64,000 nt of DNA from a virus (IMGVR_UViG_3300030613_000010:4353-68352); one strand, 5' to 3'. Shown: positions 1 to 10,053, numbered from the stretch's first letter. Program-made: numbers and translations. The notes: a model not told the origin generated them from the letters alone.

Positions 1-152
1 CGCTGGAGGCCCGCCTGCGTGTCGATTGGTGCAAGCCCCAGGTCGTGCCGTGGGTGACGGCCATCGCCAAGATGCCCCTGGTGAGCACCGAGGCTGACGG
101 GACACGGGTCTACCGGATGGCCTGGCGCGATCTGCTGAAGGCGCTACGATGA
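1..152 (+). CDS. 3' end of a gene truncated by the window edge (tail region, hypothetical)
   Basis: Open frame LEARLRVDWCKPQ...LLKALR* from base 3; its TGA overlaps the next ATG (ATGA). Confidence 0.6.
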   Translation, partial: LEARLRVDWCKPQVVPWVTAIAKMPLVSTEADGTRVYRMAWRDLLKALR

Positions 153-1360
153 GCGTCCTCTGGGTTGCCTTCTGCGGCGGCGAGAGCCAGCAGACGGATA
201 AGGACGGCTCCGTTACTCCAGCGGCCGCTGCCGGTTGGACTGTCGTCACTAGCCCCAAGGTGACGGGCATTGGGGCCTGGCGCTGCAACGCCAACGGCAG
301 CCACGCGACGGCGCCCTATGTGGCCGTCGGCTACTTCGCGGCCAGCACTCCGATCGGGGCCTGGGAAGCCCAGGCTGTCCTCAGCGGATCGCCGTCAAAC
401 GCCTTCTGCTTGGCTGGCGAGAACACCGATAGCGCCCTGGCCCTAGAATGCGGGACCGACGGTAAGCTTCGGCTCGTGCGACTGGGCACGGGCGCGGCCC
501 GCTGGACGGGCCGGACGGCCCTCACCGGCTGGTCGGCGACGGCGCTGGCGACGGACGACAGCACCTTCAAACACCTCTTCTTCTCGTCCGACCCGCTGAC
601 TCTGGGAGCAACGCACTCCTGGGTCGCACTCCTGATAGACGGCGTGGAGCAGTGGACAGTAGATGTGGGCTCCCTCACTGCCCAGTACGTCTACTGCGTC
701 CCCAACATCGGCAGCGTCAACTCCGGCGTCTCTGTGACCCTGGACGACATCTTCGGCATGATAGGCACCGATGCGGGCGACGCTCCCCACCTAGTCCCCT
801 GGCCTGTGGGCGAGGTCTACAACTCATATCCGAAGAGCAACCTGAGCCAGAGTTGGACGGCCTCCGGCGGCGGCGCGGGTAGCTTCAGCGAGTGGGATGA
901 GACGTCCGCCCACGATAGCGACACCACCTACAACAAGGCCACTACCACTAACAAATTCCAGACCAGCTACGGCCAGACGGCGGCCGATCTAGGAATCTCT
1001 GGCCATACGGTGATCCTTAATGGGGTGGCGGGCTACGCCCCTGCGCTTCTCTTCTGGCACCGCATCGTCTCCGGCGTGGGCACGAAGTTCAACGGCTGGA
1101 CGACGTGCCAGAACGCGACCGATGTACAGGTTAGCCAGCCGCCGACGAGCTACACGGCGACGGGCGTCCTCCTGGAGCGCACGAGTGGCAGTTGGTCGAT
1201 CTCAGACGTGGGCAGTTGGTACGGCCTCAAGACAGAAGCCTCCGCCCACGACAACGAGTGGCGCTGCACGAAGGAGCAAGTTCACTGGCCGGTGTACATC
1301 GACACGGTGCAGGCAGCGACTACGCCACGCCTGCCAATTTCTCAAGTTTACGTGATTTGA
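149..1360 (+). CDS. putative virion/tail-associated beta-rich protein
   Basis: 403 aa, Gly/Thr/Ser/Trp-rich; lies between tail genes and the lysis cassette. Confidence 0.55.
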   Translation: MSVLWVAFCGGESQQTDKDGSVTPAAAAGWTVVTSPKVTGIGAWRCNANGSHATAPYVAVGYFAASTPIGAWEAQAVLSGSPSNAFCLAGENTDSALALECGTDGKLRLVRLGTGAARWTGRTALTGWSATALATDDSTFKHLFFSSDPLTLGATHSWVALLIDGVEQWTVDVGSLTAQYVYCVPNIGSVNSGVSVTLDDIFGMIGTDAGDAPHLVPWPVGEVYNSYPKSNLSQSWTASGGGAGSFSEWDETSAHDSDTTYNKATTTNKFQTSYGQTAADLGISGHTVILNGVAGYAPALLFWHRIVSGVGTKFNGWTTCQNATDVQVSQPPTSYTATGVLLERTSGSWSISDVGSWYGLKTEASAHDNEWRCTKEQVHWPVYIDTVQAATTPRLPISQVYVI

Positions 1361-1492
1361 GGGGGAATCAATCATAGGCCGATACGAGTAATCTGGGGGA
1401 GACCGATTCATGGTGGCGTACACACATGTTGAGCATGTCCAGGTCTGCGTAATATAGGCCGGTACAGGTGATCTGAGGGAGGCCAGGATGAA

Positions 1493-1789
1493 GTGACACC
1501 AGCAGAGATAACGCGCCTGGAGCGGGCGCTGAATGAACTCCGTGAGGAGAGGATGCGGGACTGGCAGAGTTTCCGTGACAACGAGTTCAAGCCGTTCGCC
1601 GAGCGCAACAGCCAGGAACACGGGGGCATCCTTGAACAGACCACGCAGACGAATGCCAATGTCAGAGAACTCCAACTCTGGCGGGCCAAGATAGAAGGGG
1701 CGCTCTTCGCTGGCCGGGTGATCTGGGCCGTCTTGGGCGTAGGCCTAGCCATTCTCGGTATGCTGCTGCAAGGCAAGTTCGGAGGGTAA
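1493..1789 (+). CDS. coiled-coil plus C-terminal TM protein, holin/lysis-associated
   Basis: GGAGG SD; N-terminal coiled coil; hydrophobic C-terminus (VIWAVLGVGLAILGMLL); upstream of the endolysin. Confidence 0.55.
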   Translation: MTPAEITRLERALNELREERMRDWQSFRDNEFKPFAERNSQEHGGILEQTTQTNANVRELQLWRAKIEGALFAGRVIWAVLGVGLAILGMLLQGKFGG

Positions 1790-1998
1790 TGATGCCCTAC
1801 ATCCCGCACTGCCTCTGGACGATGTTTGGGTTAAGCCTGCTGGCAGCGGTGATCGTCTTCACGTCTTGGTTCGGTGTCATGGAGGGAATCGCTATGGCCA
1901 ACGGCGCAGGGCAGGAGAGCCGCGACACGCTGAGTGAAGTGCTTTGGGACTATGGGCGGATACCGGCGGTTCTGCTCTTCCTGCTACGTTCCTGCTGA
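1789..1998 (+). CDS. small membrane protein (possible holin)
   Basis: Two hydrophobic segments; TAATG coupling to the previous gene. Confidence 0.45.
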   Translation: MMPYIPHCLWTMFGLSLLAAVIVFTSWFGVMEGIAMANGAGQESRDTLSEVLWDYGRIPAVLLFLLRSC

Positions 1999-2237
1999 TG
2001 GGCACAGAGATATGGCTGCTGCTTCACCTGATCAGCAAGGGCCGCTGGGGCCTGTAGACGCCGAGGGGGTGGGGCCGTGCCCGCCGCCGGGCTTTCGGAC
2101 GCAGGGGGCGTGGCCCGGCTGGAGCCTGCCCCTTGACGGGACAGTGAGAATGGGACCGAAGGGTACCGACTGGATCACAAACTTGCTGGCTCGCGCCTTG
2201 GGTGGGATCGGGCCGAGAGGAGAAGACTGGAGGCACG

Positions 2238-2924
2238 ATGAACTTCAAACCTGACTACAGGATGGCGGTCGCCTGGCCCGCCCACGAAAGCAACTTCGGC
2301 TATCCGCGTTCCTTCGCCGAAGAGCAGGCGCAGCAGCTCGTGAACCAGCCCAGGGCCTTCGTGCTTCACACCGCTGAGGAGCCTGGGGACCCGGTAGGCA
2401 GCACGCCGCTCTACTTTGACGACACGGGCCGCCAGGCCAGCACCCACTACTTCATCCCCTATGCCGGCGGCTGCTACCAGATGGTGCCGGAGCGGTACGG
2501 TGCCTGGGCGAATGGCCTCCAAGGCAAGCCCGCGCCCTCTTGGGCGGACCCGAACAAGAACCTGAACCTTCAGACGCTCTCGGTGGAAATCGAGGGCTAC
2601 GCCGCCAGCGTTCACCTCACGATGCCCGTAGGCAGCCCGCAGTGGAAATCGCTGGTGGCGCTTATCCAGGACCGGTGCCTCTACCACGCGATCTCCTTGG
2701 ACCGCGAGCACATCATGGGCCATTACCAAGTGTCAAATCAGCGTTCCGACCCGGGCTTGCTCTTCCCGTGGGACGCGCTGATTGCCGACTTGCAGCAACT
2801 CCGACGCGACGAGCTATTCCTGGCCGTTGTGAAGGTGAGGGCGAACCTCATCAAGCTCGCCAACGAGGACAGATGGCAGGAAATCGTAGATGCGCTGGCC
2901 TACATCGGCGTGAGGGTGCAGTAA
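2238..2924 (+). CDS. endolysin, N-acetylmuramoyl-L-alanine amidase (Amidase_2-like)
   Basis: FVLHTAE, STHYFI, AWANG, LSVEIEG and HIMGH...SDPG Zn-amidase motifs; GGAGG SD. Confidence 0.85.
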   Translation: MNFKPDYRMAVAWPAHESNFGYPRSFAEEQAQQLVNQPRAFVLHTAEEPGDPVGSTPLYFDDTGRQASTHYFIPYAGGCYQMVPERYGAWANGLQGKPAPSWADPNKNLNLQTLSVEIEGYAASVHLTMPVGSPQWKSLVALIQDRCLYHAISLDREHIMGHYQVSNQRSDPGLLFPWDALIADLQQLRRDELFLAVVKVRANLIKLANEDRWQEIVDALAYIGVRVQ

Positions 2925-2962
2925 CCGGTTGAATCGATCATCCGGTAACTGATGGGAGCGCT

Positions 2963-3232
2963 TCAGTAAAGCGGCCCTTTGGCCCGGCTGCCACCCCGTT
3001 CGGCTGGCTCCCTGATTGGCAACTCGTAGTTAATGCTCTCCAGGTCGGAACCATCGAGCACTAGGAAAGCCAGCACCCGCAGTGGGTCTTGGCTAGTCCG
3101 AATTACCTGGCAGGAGACTATCTCTGGCCGCACACCGCTAGGTGGTGTGGCTGCTTGGAGAGCCAACTCTATCTCTGCTTCGGCTTCATGATCGATGTGG
3201 AAGGTTAGGTCAACAACCTTGACGATTCTCAT
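2963..3232 (-). CDS. hypothetical protein
   Basis: 89 aa ORF coupled to the upstream gene (TAATG). Confidence 0.5.
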   Translation of the reverse strand: MRIVKVVDLTFHIDHEAEAEIELALQAATPPSGVRPEIVSCQVIRTSQDPLRVLAFLVLDGSDLESINYELPIREPAERGGSRAKGPLY

Positions 3233-3735
3233 TACTTGTGCTCCTTTGCGCCCCCTTCGGCCAACAGTCGCAGGGGGTGCTGGCCGATGATCCGGTTGAG
3301 TGCAAACTCCCCAACTTTACCATAGGCTGGCAATCTGCCATCAATAGACAGAATGCGACCTTCCAGTGTAAACCCTTTCGAACCGTTCCCTCGAAATCTG
3401 TGGTGATAGATTCGCGGGGTCGATACTGTCACTATGACGACTTTGTGCCGATAGAGTCTATACTGGAAACTGATCTGGCTACGCCAGTTCAAGCTATTCT
3501 TCGTGAGCCAGGCCCGCAACTCGGATCGCACGTGTTCCGTAAATGAGCCCTCTGCCTTGCCTTTCCCTTGGCGGTGGATTTCATCTGCGTAGTCCAAGAG
3601 GTTAGCGAGGGAAGGTTCGCCGGTCCTTCCTCGATGAGCTAAAGGCCCCGGCCAGAGCTTTCGGTTCTGCCGGAACGGCATTCGACCTCGCCAACGCTCA
3701 TCCTTGGTCATGGCTATCTCCATAACCTCCGCCAC
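3232..3735 (-). CDS. hypothetical protein
   Basis: 167 aa ORF in a co-oriented chain. Confidence 0.5.
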   Translation of the reverse strand: MAEVMEIAMTKDERWRGRMPFRQNRKLWPGPLAHRGRTGEPSLANLLDYADEIHRQGKGKAEGSFTEHVRSELRAWLTKNSLNWRSQISFQYRLYRHKVVIVTVSTPRIYHHRFRGNGSKGFTLEGRILSIDGRLPAYGKVGEFALNRIIGQHPLRLLAEGGAKEHK

Positions 3736-3866
3736 ACCCCCGCTCGTGCGAGGGCGCGGCCTATCAGCTTGTTCTTGGCCCGCGTGCCAGCCTTCTTCGG
3801 GCTTGACAGCGACTTGAGGTCGGCCGATGTGCGGGCCAGGCGGAACAAGAACGACATTAGACTCAT
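3714..3866 (-). CDS. small basic hypothetical protein (not in ORF track)
   Basis: MSLMSFLFRLARTSADLKSLSSPKKAGTRAKNKLIGRALARAGVWRRLWR*; ATGA overlap with the upstream gene. Confidence 0.55.
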   Translation of the reverse strand: MSLMSFLFRLARTSADLKSLSSPKKAGTRAKNKLIGRALARAGVWRRLWR

Positions 3867-4105
3867 GCTTCTGCTTCCTCCCTTCTCAGCCCATAGTGCT
3901 CTGACCAGTACTCAAATTCCTCCTCGCCAAGACCAGTCTCAGCGTAAAGCATCCTACGGGCCAATGTGACCGGGCAACTCACCTCATGCTTGACCCAGCC
4001 ATAAGCAAAGCTGCCACAATAAGGACAGTTAGAATGGTCTGAGCATTCAGAACTGTATTCTGAGCTGAAGGCAACAGCTCGCAGAATCTTATCCAAGTCT
4101 GTCAT
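3863..4105 (-). CDS. small Cys/His-containing hypothetical protein
   Basis: Start MTDLDK at 4105 with ATGA overlap; CPYC...H...C motif. Confidence 0.55.
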   Translation of the reverse strand: MTDLDKILRAVAFSSEYSSECSDHSNCPYCGSFAYGWVKHEVSCPVTLARRMLYAETGLGEEEFEYWSEHYGLRREEAEA

Positions 4106-4503
4106 GATTCCCCCTTCGCCTCCTTGAGGGCCTCGCGGACGTTTACCATCGGACAGCCGAAACGGTGTCCGCTGCCTGGTGCTGGAGGTTCCATAGAATC
4201 TGGCAGGCAAAGTCCGCATGTCGCTTCGCCTACGTCTTCACCTTCTCTAGCCCACACATCTACCGCCTCCAGCGCCGCCAAGAGCTTGGGGGCGGCAAGC
4301 AGTAGGCGTGCGGTTTCCTCGACGGCTGCCATGTAAGCGGCACGGCGATCTTCGGTGCCAGGACCGCCGAAGTTTGTCGTGCCGATGACGCCAAGCGCGA
4401 ACCATTCATCGCCAACCTTCACACCAAGGTTGTAGGGCGGGCCGCTGGGCACGTGGCCAGGAGGCCAACTCTCAAGCCGAATCGTCGGTGTGTGCTCGCT
4501 CAT
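4102..4503 (-). CDS. phage MSEHTP-type hypothetical protein, paralog 1
   Basis: MSEHTP start; ARLLLAAPKLLAAL segment shared with 4500-4808. Confidence 0.7.
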   Translation of the reverse strand: MSEHTPTIRLESWPPGHVPSGPPYNLGVKVGDEWFALGVIGTTNFGGPGTEDRRAAYMAAVEETARLLLAAPKLLAALEAVDVWAREGEDVGEATCGLCLPDSMEPPAPGSGHRFGCPMVNVREALKEAKGES

Positions 4504-4808
4504 TGTCCCTTCGCCTCCCTGATGGCCTCGCGGGCCTGCTTGGCGAGGCGTTCCGCCGTCTCCTGAATGTCAGCCCCGCTGTCGAAGGGCATCCAACCCC
4601 ACAACTCTTCCAGCGCCTTCAGCGCCGCCAGCAGCTTGGGGGCACAGATAATCAAGCGGGCATTGGCCTCGCCCTCTATGCCGTCTTTGTCTCGTGGGCT
4701 TACATCTGCTACCCACCCAGCAGAGTCGTCAATGGTGAACCCCCTATGGTTTTCAGACCTGCTGAGCTTCGTGCGATAGAACCACGGGCCCGGTGTGTGC
4801 TCGCTCAT
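4500..4808 (-). CDS. phage MSEHTP-type hypothetical protein, paralog 2
   Basis: MSEHTPGPW...ANARLIICAPKLLAAL, a pattern common in phage proteins. Confidence 0.7.
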   Translation of the reverse strand: MSEHTPGPWFYRTKLSRSENHRGFTIDDSAGWVADVSPRDKDGIEGEANARLIICAPKLLAALKALEELWGWMPFDSGADIQETAERLAKQAREAIREAKGQ

Positions 4809-4841
4809 CTATCCCCTCACTTTCCGGCGGGCGGTGCCACC

Positions 4842-5477
4842 TTACCAATAGGACTGTCGCTTGGCGTTGTTGTGCTCCTGCTGCACGTAGTCCTTGAGCC
4901 AGCCCGTACAGATGCCACCGGCGCGCCGAAACTTGCGGTACTGAGCTAGAAGCGGCTTCATCTGTTCCCAGTTGTCGGAGCAAATCGACTGCCAGATGTC
5001 GAGATAGATGCAATCGAACGCCTTGCCCCTCAACGGCTCATGATAGGCGTCGGCCAGCAGCACCGTCAGTTTGGGATGCCTGATGTGCGGCTCGACCAGC
5101 CCAATGACATGCGGTTCTAGCTCCAGCACCACAACTGAGCGCACCTGTTCCTTTGCGCAGAGAGCCATGGGCAACATGCCGATGCCGAGACCTGCCAGCA
5201 GGACATCACCGAAGGCGTCCCGCAGGAACTCACTGTTGCTCATGCGCTCCAGCCACGTGTCTGACATCCACTGCTTCACATAGCCATTTCGGACCTGGTG
5301 CAGTACGCAGTAGGTTCCTGCCTCCAGGCCGTTGTTTGTCCAGTCGCGGCGGAACATCGCCATCATGCTCTCATGCTTCACTCGCTCTTCGTCAAGCACT
5401 TGGTGGCTGATGAAGAAGCCGCTACCGCCGTTCACGGGGCATTGCGCCTTTGGGGTCTCTGGAATGATCTCGGCCAT
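4842..5477 (-). CDS. class I SAM-dependent methyltransferase / spermidine-synthase-like protein
   Basis: VLLAGLGIG (motif I), VVVLELE, LADAY, FDCIYLDIW; the likely start is MAEII at 5477 (the ORF extends to 5639). Confidence 0.75.
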   Translation of the reverse strand: MAEIIPETPKAQCPVNGGSGFFISHQVLDEERVKHESMMAMFRRDWTNNGLEAGTYCVLHQVRNGYVKQWMSDTWLERMSNSEFLRDAFGDVLLAGLGIGMLPMALCAKEQVRSVVVLELEPHVIGLVEPHIRHPKLTVLLADAYHEPLRGKAFDCIYLDIWQSICSDNWEQMKPLLAQYRKFRRAGGICTGWLKDYVQQEHNNAKRQSYW

Positions 5478-5666
5478 GAGTGGGAAACCGAATGTTCTCA
5501 AGACTCTCCCTTCTGTCTCTTCCGGCCTCAAGCGACCGGCGTGGAAATATCTCTTCTTGAGTACTGCTATCTGAAGCCTTTTTCTACTGCACAGGGCCTC
5601 TCCTCGGTTCCCGGAAACCTTCCAAGCGTGCTCCCGCATGCAGGCGAGAACCCCCCAGAATGGGCC

Positions 5667-7589
5667 TCAGAAGAGTGTCCTGTCCCCCGATTTACCATTC
5701 GCTCGGTAATACACACGCTTTCGCCCACGAAGCTCCTCGCTGACAAGCGCTCCGTCGAGCTCAAATTGCCGGAGGTGCCTCTTGACCGTCCTAGGGGCTT
5801 GCCCGGAGAGTTCAATAACGCGGGCCTCCGTCAGGCCTTTATCCCCGCAGACATCGAAGAGGGCCAAGGTCTTCTCGGGACTCCAGCGTATCTCAGACAG
5901 TTCCGGCTCATACCGGTAAAGGTCATTACCGAAACCGAGTTCAAAGCCGGAACTTTGCGGAGAATATTTCCCTTCCAGTTTCAAACTGACCTTCTGACGG
6001 CCCTCCTCTAATTCTTCTTTTTCCATATTCCAAACGATCTCGCAGAAAGCCCCGATAAAAGTCGAACCCATCCCGGCGGTCCGGGTATCCCGGTCCTCAG
6101 AGGACCGCCCTTTGTGGTGAATCAGGAGAAAACCGCAGTCGTACTCAGCCCGGAGTTCTTTCAAAGGGGCCATCATCCCCGGCAGGGAGGCACCCCAGTC
6201 TTGTGGGTTGTAACCGGCCAAGTAAAGGCCATCGATGATACAGAGCACCGGATGGTGGGCTTCGAGGTCCTCCCGCAGTTTATCAACCCAACCAGGGATA
6301 GCGAAATGAAATCCTCCCATGCTCCAGTAGAAAGGCACATGCTCGGCCTGCGGGTCCACCCGGAGGTATTCCAAGATGTTTTGATAACGCCGGGAAAGCA
6401 TCTCCGGAGGGTCATCCAAGGCATGGTAGATCACCGGTCCTGTCCGTTGCGGTCTAATGTGAAAGAAAGACCGTTCCGTGGCAAGACAAAGGCCCATGTG
6501 ACTGGCAACCCAGCTTTTTCTGGAGCCAGGACCTCCAACAATCATCCCTATGGCCCGCTTCGGCCAGAAGCCGGTCAAGTCCCAGCGGATTTCGGCGTCG
6601 ATCGCTAACAATTCCTCGGAGTCGTGCAAAACCCACAAAGGAACATCTTGCAGTCGCACCCCCGGTGTCCGTCCTTTAGGCTCTGTTCCCGGAGCCCAGG
6701 GGAGAGAAGCCGAAGGTGCATTGCGATGTACGAGTTCATCAGCCTTGAGAACTTCGGTCCAGAGCCTTTGGGGCCTGTCTCGCCATTTGTTCGAACGGGC
6801 GTGGTAACAAGCGGAAAAAACTTCCTTGGTAGACACTCCCATGACCAGAAGCCGGTAGATGAACTGGCTCATGTGGAGTGACCGTTTCCCCTCTGGTATG
6901 GATTCATCCCACATTTTGAGCAGCGGGGACCAGGCACGGAGCCACCGGAGGACTTCCCCCTTGGGGGAAGGCACCGGAACCACCGAAGCATCCAAGCTGG
7001 GCGCAACTTCGGAGGTCCCAAAGAGGCTGGGGGCATAGGCCATTCCGGAAAAGCTTTGTAGCCGAACAGGCCAATCCCCCGCTTGAGGTTTTCGGTTGAG
7101 AGTCCCCGGCAGACGGAGCCTGCGACTGGTGTCGAAGGAGGGATCAGCCCCCAAGTCCTTAAGTTGGTCGTAGAGCCAGTGATTGCGGGCCGTTCGTTCT
7201 TCTTGTGGGGGATTCCGATCAAGCAACCACAGAGCTTGAAAATGACCCTCAGAAGTTTCCCAAACGGCTGAGGGTTGTGGCACCGTTTGGGGGAATTGAG
7301 AAGGGTTCGCGGTGTCAAGGTCTAGCCAAAGCAAAGGGGTAGGTGAGGCCAATTTGGCCTGGGTTCCCTGAAAGCGGAAGGCGGAGGGGTAAAAGTATAA
7401 TTCCTCGTGCTCTGCCAAAAGACCTTGGATTTCCTGAAGATCGGACTCTTGATCAGGGGTTACCCGGAGGAAGTCGATAACGTTCTCGACCCCATAACCG
7501 CCTTCCCACCAGGCGAAGGCTCGATAGATACCCCCGGTGGTGGCTTTTACCCACAAACGCAGGAAATCCAACCGATCTGCCATCTGCAA
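5667..7589 (-). CDS. primase-helicase: RepB-type (AEP) primase fused to AAA_25/RecA-family helicase
   Basis: WLDLD, WETSEGHFQALW and RRLRLPGTLNRK primase motifs; Walker A GGPGSRKS; Walker B CIIDG; LLIHH. Confidence 0.85.
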   Translation of the reverse strand: MQMADRLDFLRLWVKATTGGIYRAFAWWEGGYGVENVIDFLRVTPDQESDLQEIQGLLAEHEELYFYPSAFRFQGTQAKLASPTPLLWLDLDTANPSQFPQTVPQPSAVWETSEGHFQALWLLDRNPPQEERTARNHWLYDQLKDLGADPSFDTSRRLRLPGTLNRKPQAGDWPVRLQSFSGMAYAPSLFGTSEVAPSLDASVVPVPSPKGEVLRWLRAWSPLLKMWDESIPEGKRSLHMSQFIYRLLVMGVSTKEVFSACYHARSNKWRDRPQRLWTEVLKADELVHRNAPSASLPWAPGTEPKGRTPGVRLQDVPLWVLHDSEELLAIDAEIRWDLTGFWPKRAIGMIVGGPGSRKSWVASHMGLCLATERSFFHIRPQRTGPVIYHALDDPPEMLSRRYQNILEYLRVDPQAEHVPFYWSMGGFHFAIPGWVDKLREDLEAHHPVLCIIDGLYLAGYNPQDWGASLPGMMAPLKELRAEYDCGFLLIHHKGRSSEDRDTRTAGMGSTFIGAFCEIVWNMEKEELEEGRQKVSLKLEGKYSPQSSGFELGFGNDLYRYEPELSEIRWSPEKTLALFDVCGDKGLTEARVIELSGQAPRTVKRHLRQFELDGALVSEELRGRKRVYYRANGKSGDRTLF

Positions 7590-7664
7590 CCCTTCTGAAA
7601 GCGGAGCCCCGGAGGGGGCTACCCCGGAACGGGCAACCCCCTCCGGCGGGTCGGGACTCCCAAT

Positions 7665-8264
7665 CTAGAAGGGCGGTTCCGGCGCACCTCCACGGGGCGG
7701 AACCGGACGATGGACGGGTGGTGATGCCGGACGAGCGGCCGGAGCCGGCCGCCGAGCAGCGGCGGCCGGGGCAGAACGGGCTGACGGGGCAACAGGCGCA
7801 GCAACCGGTGCTGGGTTCCTCGCAACCTCGGGGGAAATCGCGTCCGGCACATAATCGTCGAGAGATCGGACGCAGGTGACCCGGTTGCGCTCTTTGTTCT
7901 CGTAGATATCGATGTCAGTGTCTACGGCGCAGGTGGCCCCGGCCGCGATGCTATCCATCTCCTCGGCGAAGTCCTCAAAGGATTCGAAGTCCTTTTCCTC
8001 CAGGGCGCTGTCGAGGCCGAGAACCGCCAGCACATGCCAGAGCCCGGTGTCCGGGTAGGGTAGGGCGGCTTCGGCCATGCTGGTTATCAAGAAGAGAGAA
8101 GAACCGGCCAGGTCTCCATCGAAGACCCGCAATTGCCAGCCGAGATAGGGCGTTCCTGTGGCCCCCCAGCCGGGCTTGATCTTCTCGACTTGGACTGCGT
8201 AACGGTCCGGTGGAAGGATGGGGAAACTACCGACTTCGCGGTCCTTGGGCACGTAAGTGGGCAC
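7665..8264 (-). CDS. putative ssDNA-binding protein (DUF669-like)
   Basis: F.ILPPDRYAVQV N-terminus, OB-fold-like core, Pro/Ala-rich tail ending PPF; beside recombination genes. Confidence 0.7.
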   Translation of the reverse strand: MPTYVPKDREVGSFPILPPDRYAVQVEKIKPGWGATGTPYLGWQLRVFDGDLAGSSLFLITSMAEAALPYPDTGLWHVLAVLGLDSALEEKDFESFEDFAEEMDSIAAGATCAVDTDIDIYENKERNRVTCVRSLDDYVPDAISPEVARNPAPVAAPVAPSARSAPAAAARRPAPAARPASPPVHRPVPPRGGAPEPPF

Positions 8265-8296
8265 TTTTGTTCTCCTTCTGCGTCCTTTTTAGACGC

Positions 8297-8797
8297 TTAC
8301 TTGATCCGCAGGTGCATCTTGTCTGTGTGGATTTCCACGCCAAGGACGACTTCGCCCGTCTCTCGGAAGTGTTTTAGGATTTCATCCCGGCGGATTACCG
8401 GGGGCGGTTGATATTTCCACTCCTCAGCTACAGCATCTTCGTCCGTGACCTCGCAAGAGGGCGGCGACTTCTGGAGCCAGGTTGTGAAGAGTGGGCCTTT
8501 TGCCCGGTAACCTTCGATGTCACGTAACTGGCCTTCCAGGTAGTCCCGCCACCATTTTGCTGAGTTCTCGAGAGTCTGCTTCCGCCGCTGCAGGCGCATG
8601 ATTTCTTGCTGGATCGGGCCGACCCCCTCGACTTCGATGGTTCGAATGAGCTTGCAAAGGTTCTCGGCCTTCTCCTCGATGGCCTCCTGGAGTCCCTCTG
8701 CCAACTGCTCGAACCGCCCGGCTTCAACCTCATCTTCGGCTTCTTCGATGGCCCGGAGCGCCTCGATATAAGAGCCAGTGAGTTCGTAAAGCTTCAT
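8297..8797 (-). CDS. Siphovirus Gp157-family protein
   Basis: MKLYELT...IEEKAEN...EIMRL..RK..LEN pattern. Confidence 0.85.
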   Translation of the reverse strand: MKLYELTGSYIEALRAIEEAEDEVEAGRFEQLAEGLQEAIEEKAENLCKLIRTIEVEGVGPIQQEIMRLQRRKQTLENSAKWWRDYLEGQLRDIEGYRAKGPLFTTWLQKSPPSCEVTDEDAVAEEWKYQPPPVIRRDEILKHFRETGEVVLGVEIHTDKMHLRIK

Positions 8798-9174
8798 GAC
8801 GTGCGCTCCTCCATCCAATCACCGGAACCCAGCCCGCCATCGCGCTCCTCTTCCGGGTGCGCGGCGTCGTAGCGGTCATCGGCAAGGGGCGCGAAGATGG
8901 GCACCGCCTCGCCCTTCAGCATGGCGCTGATGCCCGTTGTCTTCTCCCCAAACCAACGACACTCTCCGTCCGGCTCCCAGGCCAGGCCTTCACGAGCGGC
9001 GGCATTGCGCATCTCTTGCCACTCATCCCAGACGTTCCACCCATCGAAGCAGGCCACCTCGCCGCACTTGGGGCAGGGCATCTTCATGCCATTCATCACC
9101 CCAGCCAGGCTGCGAGGTTCGTGGTCATAGGCCCAGACGACAGTCTTACAACGGAGACAGGCGATCATGCTCAT
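8794..9174 (-). CDS. Zn-ribbon hypothetical protein
   Basis: CLRC and CPKC pairs; ATGA overlaps on both sides. Confidence 0.6.
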   Translation of the reverse strand: MSMIACLRCKTVVWAYDHEPRSLAGVMNGMKMPCPKCGEVACFDGWNVWDEWQEMRNAAAREGLAWEPDGECRWFGEKTTGISAMLKGEAVPIFAPLADDRYDAAHPEEERDGGLGSGDWMEERTS

Positions 9175-10043
9175 GATTGCACCTTCTTGTTCTCCATGTC
9201 CACCGTGGCCAGGGCATCGTTGACAGTGAAGCCCCTTGCTATGAGTTCCTCCAGCCGGTCGATCCGCTCGTTGGCGTCAACCCAAGACCGGTTCGGCAAC
9301 CAGTAGGCGCGAATCGCCCCGACTTCCACCGAAGGCAGGTTCAGCAGCCGCCCCAGCTCTTCGCTTTTGTGGGTCCAGCCGTGCTCACGAAGCCGGGCGA
9401 AGAATCGAGAACGCTCTGCTGTGTCGGTGTCCTCGGTCGGTGCTTCCAACTCCGGCAGTGCGGTGCTTTCGGGCAGTTCCTCAGTACCTAGAAGCGGGTA
9501 ATTGCTGTTGCTGACGGTGATCAGCACATCGGGGAAGGCCCGGCGGAGGCAGCGAATCCGGCCGGTCTTAAGGGCCAGCCTCCAGGGCTCCTCATGGACG
9601 GCGGCCAGATGCCGGTCTGCCGACCGGACCCGCGTCACCGAAAGGAAAGCCGTGTCCTTGAAGACGACCTCTCGTTCGGGATGGGCCGGGAAGACTCGGT
9701 GAACCTCGGCTAGGGCCAGCCAACCGGAAGAGCGGATTCCCAATTCTTCGGCTTCCTCCTTGGTGCCGAGGTGACATTCGTCGTAAACCTTCTGGCCGGG
9801 GCACCGCTGCTCAATAAGCCTGAGCCAGCCTTGCTCCGTGACATAGGGACGCCCATGCATGGGTAGGATTTCCCCAAGGAAAGGGTTCAGACCTGTAGTC
9901 AGGCAGACCGCCACAAACTGGCCGACGGCCTCCTTAGTGATCAGATCCTTGGGGAATTTGGCCCGCAGCAGCAGCGGGTTTAGCCCAGGGCCGTTGCGGA
10001 CCATGACTTCAGTCGTCGTAGTTGGTTCTTTCTTTTCTGCCAT
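9171..10043 (-). CDS. RecT/Bet-like single-strand annealing protein
   Basis: CLTTGLNPFLGEI, PYVTEQGW and KTGRIRCLRRAFP motifs; start MAEKKE at 10043. Confidence 0.7.
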   Translation of the reverse strand: MAEKKEPTTTTEVMVRNGPGLNPLLLRAKFPKDLITKEAVGQFVAVCLTTGLNPFLGEILPMHGRPYVTEQGWLRLIEQRCPGQKVYDECHLGTKEEAEELGIRSSGWLALAEVHRVFPAHPEREVVFKDTAFLSVTRVRSADRHLAAVHEEPWRLALKTGRIRCLRRAFPDVLITVSNSNYPLLGTEELPESTALPELEAPTEDTDTAERSRFFARLREHGWTHKSEELGRLLNLPSVEVGAIRAYWLPNRSWVDANERIDRLEELIARGFTVNDALATVDMENKKVQS

Positions 10044-10053
10044 GGCGAACCTT

